DNA from: Peribolospora baueri
Lineage: Eukaryota
Assembly (NCBI GenBank): GCA_029717555.1
Contig: JAMDHS010000111.1
Span: 1-63,006, forward strand
Direction: 5' to 3'
DNA length: 63,006 nt
Below are positions 39,060 through 50,199 of the stretch, one piece after another. A program made the position numbers and the translations under genes. A model generated the notes under the pieces. The model made no database searches and was not told where the DNA came from. It saw only the letters and a list, made by a program, of their open reading frames with translations. The stretch's first letter is position 1. Each line of letters starts with the position of its first letter.

Positions 39060-39603
39060 GTCGATCATCACGCCACAGGATGGGCACTTGTATCGCCTGA
39101 AGAGCCGAGTTTCTATCTGTCAGGTCGATGTATGATTTAAATTGAATTGAAGTAAGTCAGTTTTGAAGGTTAGCTTAGCTGAAAAGAGACCAATTTCAAC
39201 CCCCATTTAATCGCCCGTCATTCTTCAGGACAACGGCTATGAAGGCCAGCTAAGCGCAATCTACACGGCCGTGGGTTGAAATTGGTCACGGCCATCGATA
39301 AAAAGCTTCACTTGTGAGATGAAACTATGGCAGAGGTTGCGATCCTTGCCATCGAACTCAGGGGCCGCGTTGTGGCCGTGACCAATTTCAACCCACGGCC
39401 GTGTAGATTGCGCTTAGCTGGCCTTCATAGCCGTTGTCCTGAAGAATGACGGGCGATTAAATGGGGGTTGAAATTGGTCTCTTTTCAGCTAGCCTTCAAA
39501 ACTGACTGACTTCAATTCAAATTAATTCATATATCGACCTCACAGATAGAGGCTCGGCTCTTCAAGTACTTCAGGTGCACAAACTGTGGCGAGATGCTCA
39601 ACA
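39060..39603. repeat. Long nested inverted repeat (foldback)
   Basis: 39176-39294 is the exact reverse complement of 39373-39491, with a 78-bp spacer; similarity continues outward with mismatches. Confidence 0.95.
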
Positions 39604-39697
39604 CACGCACCGCTGCGAGCCATGTCTGCAAAAAGAAATAGGTTTAGTGATATGCAAGCGACGAGGAAGCAGTGTCGCACGACGGGAGGGACCGGCG

Positions 39698-40773
39698 ATG
39701 ACCGACCGGGTGCCGGTCCGGGTTGAAGACATTATTCTTAGCTTCTTCCAACCCGAGTCGACTCTCCCGTCCCATGGAGGACCAAGGGGAGCTCATGCAA
39801 CGCTCCAGCGGGAAATCGAGCAGCTGAAAGCGGCTCAGCAAGACCCTCCCGCGGCCCAGATCCCCAGCACGCTCACATGGCGCCCCAGGTCTCGGCCGAC
39901 CTCATGGGCCCTCCCCCTGAGTTCGATGGCAAGGATCGCAACCTCTGCCATAGTTTCATCTCACAAGTGAAGCTTTTTATCGATACCAATGCCAACATCT
40001 TTCAGGACGACAAAGCAAAGGTGTCGTACAAAGTCTCGCGTCTCCGGGGTCGTGCCTATCAATGGGTCGAGCCCCATCTCCTCAAGGACAAAGATCCGAT
40101 ACGGACCGACTTCAAGAAGTTTCTCGAGGAGCTTGTCAAGAATCTCGGTGACCCCGACAGGGCTTACAGCGCCATCCGCCAGCTGCAGACGCTCCGGAAG
40201 ACGGGTTCAGTGGCTTCCTACGCCACTCAATTCCAACAGTTAAGCGCACACATCGACTGGAACGACAGTGCGTTGAGGTACCTGTTCTACAAGAACCTCA
40301 AGCCGGCGACGCAGGACTCCCTGGCTTTGTCGGCCGAGAAGCCGACGGACCTTAATGAACTGATCGACCTGGCCATCCGGCTCGACAACAGGAACTATGA
40401 GCGACTCGTCTACCAGAGGGCGAGCTATGGGCCCTATCCTCCGCACGGTTCTCCGCCTCCTCCTCCGCCGGCAGCCGCCTCCAGCTCCAGGCCGCCGATT
40501 GCGTCTGGCGTCGTTCCAATGGACGTGGACGCAACCCAGTCCCGGTTCCATCCTCTCACCCCGGAGGAGAAGACCCGTGGGATCCGGGGTGGGTTGTGCC
40601 TCTACTGTGGCGGGTCTGGGCACCTCGCTCGTAGCTGCCCGGCCAAGGGAAACAGGCCGGTACGGGCTCATGCCACCCTTCCCGCGACCCCGGCCCAGTC
40701 GTCCAGCTCGCCTTCGGCCACTTCCTCCTCAGTCCTCTCGTCATCCGACTCCAGGTACTACTCAAAAAACTAG
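39698..40773 (+). pseudogene. gag: Retrotransposon gag (frameshift near 39.87 kb)
   Basis: PPEFDG...FISQVKLF, LRGRAYQW, GSVASYATQF, VPMDVD and CCHC knuckle CLYCGGSGHLARSCP. Confidence 0.9.
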
Positions 40774-43700
40774 GTGGCTTGGACCCGCCCATTCCCCCGG
40801 TCCCAAGCCTACCCGTGCTTTGGGGAACCCCTCCAACTCCGTCCCAGTCGCCCAGCTCGCCTCCGGCCGTTTCCTTCGCCGCCCTTGCGCCTTCCGACTC
40901 ACACTTCGTGCTTCCCGTGCGGATCTCCCGCGATAATGCCCCTGCTGTCGACACCATTGCCCTTGCAGACAGTGGAGCGACCTCCAACTTTATTGATCGG
41001 GAATTCAGTGATCGGTACAACCTTTTGCTTTAGGCCAAGGCCCAGCCTCAGCCCTCCTAGTCACCGACGGGCGACCGATCAGCTCCGGGCCCGTCACCCA
41101 TTACGTCGAGACCGGGCTACGCATTAGTTCCCATCGGGAGACCCTCCCGTTTGATGTCACCCGCCTGGCCTGTTATCCCATCGTTTTGGGATCCTCTGGT
41201 TGCGTCGCTATAACCCTTTCATCGACTGGCGGCGCGACAGGCTCCAGTTCACCTCCAGTCATTGCGTCCAATCCTGCGTCGAGAATCCTCCAGTCGTTTC
41301 AGCCGTGCCTCTAGTTCCAGCAGCTCCCCAGTCTACAGAATGTCCCAGCACCGAGGTCGTCCAGGTCACCATCCAGCCCAGCCCCGTTCAGTCCAGTCCA
41401 GCCCGGCCCAGCCCTGTCCAGTCCAACCCAGTTCCGCCGAGTCCAGTTCCCAGCCTCCAGAATGTCCCAGCACCGAGGCCGTCTCCCATCCAGAATCGGA
41501 ACACCTAGCCCAGATCTCAAGCACGCTATCCCAGCAAGGGACCTTCGAGTCCAGCCTTCCCGATGCCCCCGAATACGTCACTGAGCTCAAGAAAAGGGTC
41601 CCAACCACGTATCACGATCTGTTAGCGGCGTTCTCCAAGACCAAAGCCGACACGCTGCCCCACCCAGCGCCCCTACGACCACTCCATCGATCTGGAACCT
41701 GGTACAAACCCTCCTTTCGGCCCACTGTACGCCTTGTCCGAACTGGAGCTCAAAGCCCTCTCCGAATGGATCAAAGAGAACCTCAAGGGCTTCATTCGTG
41801 CGAGCCAGTCCCCAGCCGGAGCCCCCATCCTGTTCGTGAAGAAGAAGGACGGCAGCCTTCGTCTTTGCGTCGACTACAGGGCTCTCAACAAGATCACCGT
41901 CAGGAATCGCTACCCTCTCCCTCTCATAGGCGAAGCGATTGACAGGCTCCGAGGTGCCAAAGTCTTCACCAGACTGGACCTACGCGGCGCTTACAACCTC
42001 CTCCGGATTAAGGAAGGTGACGAGTGGAAGACGGCTTTCAGAACACGCGGCCACTTCGAGTGCCTGGTGATGCCTTTCGGCCTCACCAACGCGCCGGCCT
42101 CGTTCCAGCATCTCATGAACGACCTCTTCCGGGACCTCTTGGACGTGACTGTCCTCATCTACCTTGACGACATCCTGGTCTTCTCCCCAGACGCGGACAG
42201 CCACAGGGAGTATGTCCGGGTTGTCCTGGAACGTCTTATCCGGCATGGTCTCTACGCTAAGGCCGAGAAATGCGAGTTCTCCGTATCGTCGACCGAATTT
42301 TTGGGCTTTATCGTCTCGGATGATGGCGTCTCCATGGCCCCTTCTAAGGTGGACGCTGTCCTTCAGTGGCCGGAACCGGCTTCTGTCAAGGAGCTCCAGT
42401 AGTTTCTCGGGTTCGCTAACTTTTACCGGCGTTTCATCAATGGCTACTCGAGGATCATCAACCCCCTCACCAGACTGCTCAAGAAGGGCGCCAAGTTCAC
42501 CATGGACGCCTCGGCCAAAGATGCCTTCGCCCGCCTTAAGACAGCCGTCACATCAGCTCCGAGCCTGACGCAACGATCCCAGCTTGGAAACCGAAATCGA
42601 GACCGATGCCTCTGATTTCGCTATTTCGGCAATCCTATCTCAGCGGCATGGCGGAATACTCCACCCCGTTGCCTTCATGTCACGAAAATGGTACCCGCGG
42701 AACTCAATTACGCAATCCACGACAAGGAGCTCTTGGCCCTAGTGTCCGCCGTCAAATGCTGGCGTCACTACCTCGAGGGAATTGACAAGACCTTCAAGAT
42801 TGTCACGGATCACGAGGCGCTCAAGGCCTTCCAAACATCGAAGATCCTTACCCGACGCCAGGCTCGCTGGTCCGAGGAGATCAACCATCACAGGTACACC
42901 CTCGAGTATCGCCCCGGTCTTCAGAATGGCAAAGCCGACAGTCTCTCACGCCGATCGGACCTCTCGGAAGGGGGAAAGGCTTCCCAAGCGCCCCCTCAGG
43001 CCGTTCTTCGCCCACTCCAAGCCTCCGCAACGTACGCAGCGACCTCCGACGTTGCGGAGATGATCAAGCGTCACCTGAAGCATGACCCGGCCGTCCAGGA
43101 CGTTCTGCAGCAGCTGCAAAGCACCGACACCCCCGGTCCGCCGTAGTCCCTCCAGGACGACCTCCTGCTGCATGACGGCCTCATCTACGTCCCAGACTTC
43201 GAGCCTTTAAAGACCAAGCTTCTCGAGCAGGCCCACGACTCCCGCATCTCTGGGCATTTCGGTCAAGCCAAGACGTTGGAGATCCTCTCGAGGAATTACT
43301 ACTGGCCATCGATGAGGGCCTTTGTCAAGGACTACGTCCGCTCCTGCGATGCTTGCCAGCGCCACAAGCCCGTCCACCACGCGAAGTATGGGCTTCTCCA
43401 GTCGCTCCCAGTCCCTGAACGTCCATAGCTCTCCCTCTCGATGGACTACATCACAGACCTGCCTCTCTCCGAGGGATTCGATGCCATCCTTGTCGTTGTG
43501 GACGTGGACCGCCTCACCAAGATGAGTCACTTCATTCCGGCTCGAACCACTGATAATTCCCCCCGATTGGCGACCCATTACGTCCACAACGTCTTCCGTC
43601 TTCATGGGCTTCCAAGCGACATTGTCTCGGACGGAGGGACGCAGTTCAACTCTCCTTAGTGGAAGGAAGTCCTTAGGCAGCTCAGGATCCAGCCAAACCT

Positions 43701-44313
43701 CTCTACGGCCTTTCATCCCCAGACGGACGGCCAGACGGAGAGGACCAACCAGACCATCGAACAATACCTACGGATGTACACTAAATATCTCCAAGATGAC
43801 TGGTCAGACCTCTTGCCGATCGCCGAATTCGCCCACAACAACGCTCATCATTCGACCATCGGCATGACTCCCTTCTTCGCGAATTATGGATATCACCCGA
43901 GACTAGAGGTGACCCTTAGCGACTCGACAGTGCCCCAAGCCAATGACTGGGCGAGACGGCTCCAGGAGACGCATCGGCAGGCAGCGGACAGTATCCGAAC
44001 GGCTCTCGTCAGGTCGCTTCTGGAGCCGTTCGTCCCAAATACTCTGTCCTCTCGCTCCTCTGCCTCACCCCCACCTCCCGTCATCACCGAGGCGGGGCAA
44101 GAAGAGTATGAGGTTGCCAAGATACTCGATTCGCGTTTCTTCCGCAAGCTGAAATACCTTGTCGACTGGGTCGGATACGGTCCTGAGGAGCGCTCCTGGG
44201 TGGATGCGCGTGACTTTGACGACGACGACAGCCTTGTGGTTGACTTTCACACGGCTTACCCCCAGAAGCCAGGCCAACGACGTCTCAACCGCGCTCGCGG
44301 AGCTCACGCTTAG
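40774..44313 (+). pseudogene. pol: Retrotransposon pol (PR, RT, RNase H, integrase, chromodomain) with stops and frameshifts
   Basis: [23 protein letters not shown]...YLDD; ETDASD...[16 protein letters not shown]...IVSDGGTQF...TDGQTER; EYEVAKILDSR...KYLVDWVGYG.EERSW. In-frame TAG at 42400 and others. Confidence 0.95.
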
Positions 44314-44322
44314 CCCCGGGGG

Positions 44323-44672
44323 CAAACCTCCGCTCAGAACCTCGTGCTCATAGGCTCGGACAAAGGAGCTGTGACGTTGCAAGGTTAGAACAAAGGAGCT
44401 GTGGCGTTGCGAGGTTAGAACATAGGAGCTGTGGCTTTGCGAGGTTAGAACAAGGGAGCTATGACGTTGCGAGGTTAGAACATAGGAGCTACGGTGCTGC
44501 ACCGGTTCATGAACGTGTATATAAAGAGAGCCGGACAGGGCGTCCGCATCTTTCCTCCCCAAGCTAAGAATACTTTTGTCACCGCTCAGGTTTCCTCTAG
44601 AGTTCCCCGTCCAGCATCAGCACCTCTGTCTCAGCCTCCGCCCCATCCTCGTTCCCGTCCTCGTCCCTGTCC
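44323..44672 (+). repeat. Right LTR (termini eroded)
   Basis: Direct repeat of 36218-36532 with four 30-bp units; lacks TGTCA/TGACA ends. Confidence 0.88.
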
Positions 44673-46860
44673 CCGACTTGCCTGCTCCTTGCTTTGCGTC
44701 GACTTCCGGTGGACCTCCATTCCGTCCTCCGTCCCTCGCTCGTGATCCGACCTGAGTAGGGAAGTCCTCACTGACACGGTCCTGCGCTTTCCTGCGCTTG
44801 CTAGATGGCAGCGCTCATGCATGCGGAAGGTTGCAGCGGAGTAAGCCAGGCCATGGCGGTGAGAAGAGGGGAGAAGGAAGAGCGTATATGCAAAAATGGA
44901 AAAGGAACGGATCGTCGGAAAGGCGTGAACGAAAAGAGGAGCGACCTCCACCTCGTCGTCGTCGTCGCCCGCGTGGCTAAGGTGGCCGCGCCTGTTGGCG
45001 AAGATTCAGAACGGGACAATACAGGACTGCCGGGATCAGATAGGCATTGTTGTCTGCGCCGCGTATCATAGGTTCGACTTGAGCTCGTTAGGTATTTTGT
45101 CGTCTTTCGCGAGAATGGAAGGGACGGACTCGAGCCATCCTAGTCGGCGGGCGCGCCCGTCTGCGCACCGGCAGAACAAGGTAGGCGTGGTTGGAGACAT
45201 CATTCAACTGCATGTCGTAGCCCTGCACGCGCGTCGAAACGAGGAAGTGAGCTAGGAAGACAACAGGCGAGGGAATATCACGTGCAGTGAGAAAGAGTAT
45301 GAGAACGGACTGACGTCTCGAAGGAACCAGCAACGAGTAGCAAGGAGCACACTTTGAGGACCACCTCGGGCACCTCGGCCTCCCGACTCCTGGCCGCCTT
45401 CTTTCTACACCTGGTACCAGCAAGCGGGCCAGTGGGGAGAGGGCGAAGGAGCGAAAGCGAAGCGCGGACAAGATCGTAGACGGACGGTCAACTCACGCCC
45501 CTGCCGCCTACGTCGACCTCCTTCTCCGTCCGCATCGAACGCGAAAGCTCGCCTTCTCCAACCGACCACGAGCACGACCGTCGCCAATCGCCCTCACGCC
45601 CTCCTTCTCTCCCTACGCCAGCTCAACCGAGCCCTCCGGAGACAAGGGCACGTTGCACAGCAGAGTCCGGTCTACGTAGCACCAAAGTTCTGGTGACCGA
45701 CCGAGGCAAATTTGACGACGACGTCAAAGGCGTGGGAGAGATGAGTTGGGCATGAACAACCAAACCAGATGATAACACGCCGTAGAGAGCAGCTCTTCCA
45801 ATCGACTCACGCAAATTGTCAGAGACGACTTTGATCACGAGCTTCTTGTTTTCTCCCTCTTCACTACCCTCATCGCCCGACGCTACTCTGTCTCCTTTCC
45901 CCCCTTCCGCAACGGTCTCAGCTGCACAGCTTCGCCCTCCTCCCCCTCCAACCGCCTCCCGGCCCCCGCCAGCTCCATTTCTCGTCCCCAGAACCATGCC
46001 TTCGTCCGACGCGCGGCCTCCTTCTTTTCCACCTTCCGCCGACGCCTTCGTCCCGTTTCTTCGAGGCTCTCCGAGCGTAGTCACAAGTCCAGGATCACGA
46101 TTGCGGCCGCGACGAGGACGATGGCGACAAAGACGCTCGAGAAGACGTTCACGATGGACGGCATCGGGTCGCTCGGATGGGTGCTTGGTTGTGATTGCCT
46201 GGTCGCTTAGTCGTTGAGTGGAGTCGGACAGACGGATGGCGCGGGTTCCACTGTCTTTTGAGGGAGAGAGATGTGTGCAGGCGAAGAGCGCGGTCGGTGA
46301 CGTGGAGGCGTCGGATGATCGAGAGAGATGGCTAATAACACGCGAGCGCACAGACAGAAAGACGTCGATTCACTCCGTCGCCGTCCCAGGTCTGACCATC
46401 TACCGCTATGGTCACTCCGACCATGTCCCCTCCCTCCGTCCGGTCCCCGAGCGGCACAAGCTCACTTCCACAACACTCGTGATTTGATATCGTCCTTCGC
46501 GATCGCTCGTGAAATCCTCAGAGAGCCACGTGCTGTCCACGCGGCGCCGCCGATGCCAAGAAGACCGCACTGAATGTCATCCCGTCACTCCTACCTCCGT
46601 GTGCCAGTCATCTGTCCGCTAGTTTCTTCCGATCTCCTGTTTGTTCTTCCCAATCTCCCAACCCTCCTCCCCCCGGTCGCCCCGCCCGTCTCTGAGTCTT
46701 GGTCGAGCATCGTCGGGAAACGCATCTCCTAGGCCGGCCGAGTACGGAACTACGCGGACATACGCGACCAAGTGGCGACGCTTGAACGCTTGCGCTGACT
46801 TGCAAGCTAAATCTGATTATCTCGGTGGCCGCTTCAGTCACGGATCGGCATCTCTCAACC

Positions 46861-47250
46861 ATGTCCACCTCCTTCCCCCAGCTCTCATCGCGGGTCGCCC
46901 GTTCCGTCGCGTCGTGCAGCCGCCACGCCCGCTTCATTTGCACGACGCCCCGCCTGCTGCAAACAAACTCGAACGACCCCTTCTCCCGCCCCTCGCCGCC
47001 CCGGCTGTCTCCAGAGGAACAGCAGGAGTTCGAGGCGCTCCTTCGGAAGAACAAGTCTCCCTTCTCTTCCGCCACCACCACCGAGTCTGAGCAACAGGAG
47101 CTGGACGGCGTCCACAAAGACATTCGCAAAGGCCCCGCCCCGGAATTCATCGGCGAGGTGAACCCGAAGACGGGGGAGGTGGGCGGACCGAAGAACGAAC
47201 CGCTCAAGCATGGAGAATGGAGCTTTGGAGGTCGGGTGACGGACTTTTAG
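46861..47250 (+). CDS. SDH8: Succinate dehydrogenase assembly factor 4 (DUF1674)
   Basis: Mitochondrial presequence, PPRLSPEEQQEFE, VNPKTGEVGGPKNEPLKHGEWSFGGRVTDF*. Confidence 0.92.
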   Translation: MSTSFPQLSSRVARSVASCSRHARFICTTPRLLQTNSNDPFSRPSPPRLSPEEQQEFEALLRKNKSPFSSATTTESEQQELDGVHKDIRKGPAPEFIGEVNPKTGEVGGPKNEPLKHGEWSFGGRVTDF

Positions 47251-47798
47251 CTTAGCAAGCACATGGATCAAAAAGTCGTGTGCGCTCTTCGCGGTGAGTG
47301 CTTTGGCTTTCTTGTTCATCACATACCGGCCGATGCGCGGCACTTCTTGCTTATCCTGCCCACGTGTCTTCTGCCGTGCTTCTTTTCTTTTCCCGCACAG
47401 GCTGAGCTACGCTCGCCGCCAGGACGTCTGAAACCGTTGTCCGTTTCAACATTGCAATGAGCGGATAAGGATTCACGCCCAGTCGAGGTCATCTTGTCGC
47501 TAAAGGCGCCCTCACGGTTTGGCCGGGCGCTGCATTCAGAAGGGTGATTGAACAGCGAAGGGTGAAGCAAACGGAAACGGAACGGCGTATGTACCCGCCA
47601 GTACATGATTTCCTTGCGCGTGGGCGGACGGACGTGCGATGACGGGCCGAGCGACGGGCGTACAGAGAGGAGAACGTTGGGAGACGGAAGCGGCGGGAGA
47701 CGGAGAGGACGGAATGAGGATGTTCAAGGAAGGCCGGGAGCTCACTGAGGTGAAAACGTTGTTTTATCATTGCGATGTTCCCCCTCGTCTCTCGGATC

Positions 47799-48095
47799 GA
47801 GAATTCTCAGACCTTGCTCGCGCTCACTAATGTGGAGACGTTGTCTTGCAGTCCTCATTTCGTAGTGCTGGTCTGGTCCCTTGGATTGAGAATTCTCCGA
47901 ATTCACTCACGCTCACTTGCGATATCCACCTCGGTTTAAGAACTGTCCGCATTTGCTCACGCTCACTTGCAATATCCACCTCGGATTGAGAACTGTCCGC
48001 GTTCGCTCACGCTCACTTGCAACCTTCACTTTCAATCGAACACTCTCCGGATTCGCTCACGCTCACTAGTGTTGAGTCTTGGCTTTGCAGTTCTC
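47799..48095 (+). repeat. 50-bp tandem minisatellite (4 units + 1 degenerate upstream unit)
   Basis: Units start at 47888, 47938, 47988 and 48038, each with core CTCACGCTCACT; related unit at 47799. Confidence 0.9.
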
Positions 48096-48316
48096 TCCCC
48101 GAGGTGGGGCATGATCTCATTCACACTCAACAAATTTTTGTCATGGCCGAAGAGTGGTCCAGTCCAGAGACAAAGGCATAAGAAGGGCTCCGTTGCCCGC
48201 CTGTTCTCTCTCCATCTTCACTCCAATCTAATCCTCTCCACAAGCCTTCTCCTCTCCCTTCTCTGCTACATCCACCGTGCTTTTCCGTAAAGCTCATTTT
48301 CCTCACAGATTATACC

Positions 48317-49186
48317 ATGTCGCCTGCGCCTATCCCGACCTCGACGCCTGAATCTTCGACCACTTCGGACTCGTGGGCGATGAAGCCCTATGGCTATCCG
48401 CTTCCTTTCTGCGAAGAGAGCGACATTCCAAAGCCCGCGATTGCCTTCCGGCATACTCACTGTCCGCCTCTGCCGGGCCTCCGTCTCAAGGAGAACCAAG
48501 TCAAAATGGGGCTCCACTATACCGCTGTTCTCCCTCTCCACCTACGGCAGGATCGGGCCGCACAACAGAGGGCGTACATCGCCTCTTACGAAACCGCTGA
48601 GTGGGTAGGCGACAAAGTGATAACCAGCTTCATCGCGACACGCCTGATGATTCTCTATCCTGGCTACTCAATTACCGCATATCAAGTGAGTGTTTTGGGG
48701 AGAGTCAGGGCTTTTGCTTGTGAGAAGAGAAGAAAGTGCTAACATATATTGTGGTCCATACTTTTCCAGAAAGTTGTCGAGCTTCTCACACAGAACTCGA
48801 CCTTTTCTGCCCTCGCGCACCACTACCGCTTCCATCGGTTCGCCGCCGTCGGTCCCGACATTGCCCCCGCACACGTGCCAAACATTCTCGCAGACATGTT
48901 CGAGGCCTTCGTCGCCTTGATGTTTGCTGAGGCAACCACTGATTACCACCAATGGGCTGCTGTCAACACATTCCTCAACGACCTATTTAACGAAGAGGTG
49001 TTTCCCACGCTTCGACAAATCTTGGACTCGTACGCTTTCAATCCGCCACACGACCTTGGTCGCAAGACCGGTCTTTGGGACAAAGCCGACAAAGCAAACC
49101 GCGGGGTGACGGCACCAGTGCCTGCGGGCGGCGCAAACAACAAAGGTGCGAACAAGAGACGGCGGAGTGAGAATGGTTCGACCTAA
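48317..49186 (+). CDS. Stand-alone RNase III-domain protein (~261 aa; intron 48686-48769)
   Basis: YETAEWVGDKVITSFIATRLMILYP (cf. RNase III signature ERLEFLGD), LTQNSTFSALA and ILADMFEAFVALMF. Intron has GTGAGT, GCTAAC and CAG and restores frame. No dsRBD; basic KRRRS tail. Confidence 0.85.
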
Positions 49187-49630
49187 TGTTTCTCCCACAG
49201 GTCGCAACGGGTACCATTTGGTGTCCCTGCGCTCTGGAGGTTCCGTTGGAGCTCAGCCATCTTACGGAGAATGGGCTCCTTCGGGTACCGTCTGGGAGGA
49301 CATTTAGGGATGACAACCATCTCTCCGCCCCTCCTCCCCTGGTGATCCACCGTGTGTTTCCCCCAACAGGTCGCAACGGGTACCTTTTTGGTGCCCCTGC
49401 GCTCTGGAGGTCCCTTTGGAGCTCAGCCCTCTTGTAGGGAATGGGCTCCTTTGGGTTCCGTCTGGGAGGACACTAAGGTATAAAGATCACCGGGGTCGAG
49501 GGAAGGAGGGAAGGAGGGGGGCGGAGATGTCCTTCCAGACTGACCCCACTAACGCGAAAGAGCTCGTCCCATAAGAGTCAAAAAACGGAAATTTTCAGAG
49601 CGCAGGGACGCACCGAAAGGTACCTGTTGT
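49187..49630. repeat. Direct + inverted repeat cluster 3' of the RNase III gene
   Basis: Unit A 49187-49350, second direct copy 49355-49472, inverted diverged copy ~49485-49630. Confidence 0.85.
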
Positions 49631-50199
49631 GCGGAAGATGGACCTCGGCGACGCGATGAACCGTCTGGCTGAATCTCTCTGGCGGCCTAGGACGACTGTG
49701 CCCTTGGTGCAGTCGGGTAGGCCTCGTAGGCGATCATAGTGTCGCTCATTGCCAATCATCGCGCACCATCTTCCACACCTTATTTTTCTTTTTCTCTTTT
49801 TTAAATGTTTCCTTGCAGTGTAAATTCCAATAAATAAAAAGGACTCGTTAATGGGTACAGCCAAATTCATATTTCACTCATGTCGGGAACTAAGGTTGAT
49901 CCACTTCTTCTCGGATTCCGATCTATGCAATGCGACGCAACGCCCTGAACCCAATGCGGAGAGTAGAGACAAAGAGATCGGTCGACCGAGGCAAACAGGA
50001 GCACCGTGGCGAGACGGGCATGAGGGTAATCCGAATTACAAGCGGGGAGCGGACATGAAAATGATGGAAGCGAGTATTGCTGATACGCCAGACTTCCATC
50101 ATTTTCCAGCTCCTTCTTGAGGTCCATTACCAGGTAAATAGAGATAATACGTAAACGGGTAGGTTGGCAAGAAATGCAGGGTCCGATGGACGAAGAGAA

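Larger units (their letters stand above)
36213..44672 (+). mobile_element. Degenerate Ty3/Gypsy chromovirus-type LTR retrotransposon span, including ~3 kb of unrelated DNA
   Basis: Two related LTRs bracket gag-PR-RT-RH-IN-chromodomain in Gypsy order; no target-site duplication found. Confidence 0.8.

Noticed and set aside
41337..41480. Duplication with CCAGY pentamers in the PR-RT linker
   Set aside because: Slippage in a dead element's variable linker.
45623..46573. Overlapping ORFs right of the LTR
   Set aside because: Low-complexity, no family motif, no convincing exon structure.
47799..48095. CRISPR-like array
   Set aside because: Eukaryotic context, no cas genes, and the 'spacers' of units 1 and 2 are near-identical, so it is a minisatellite.
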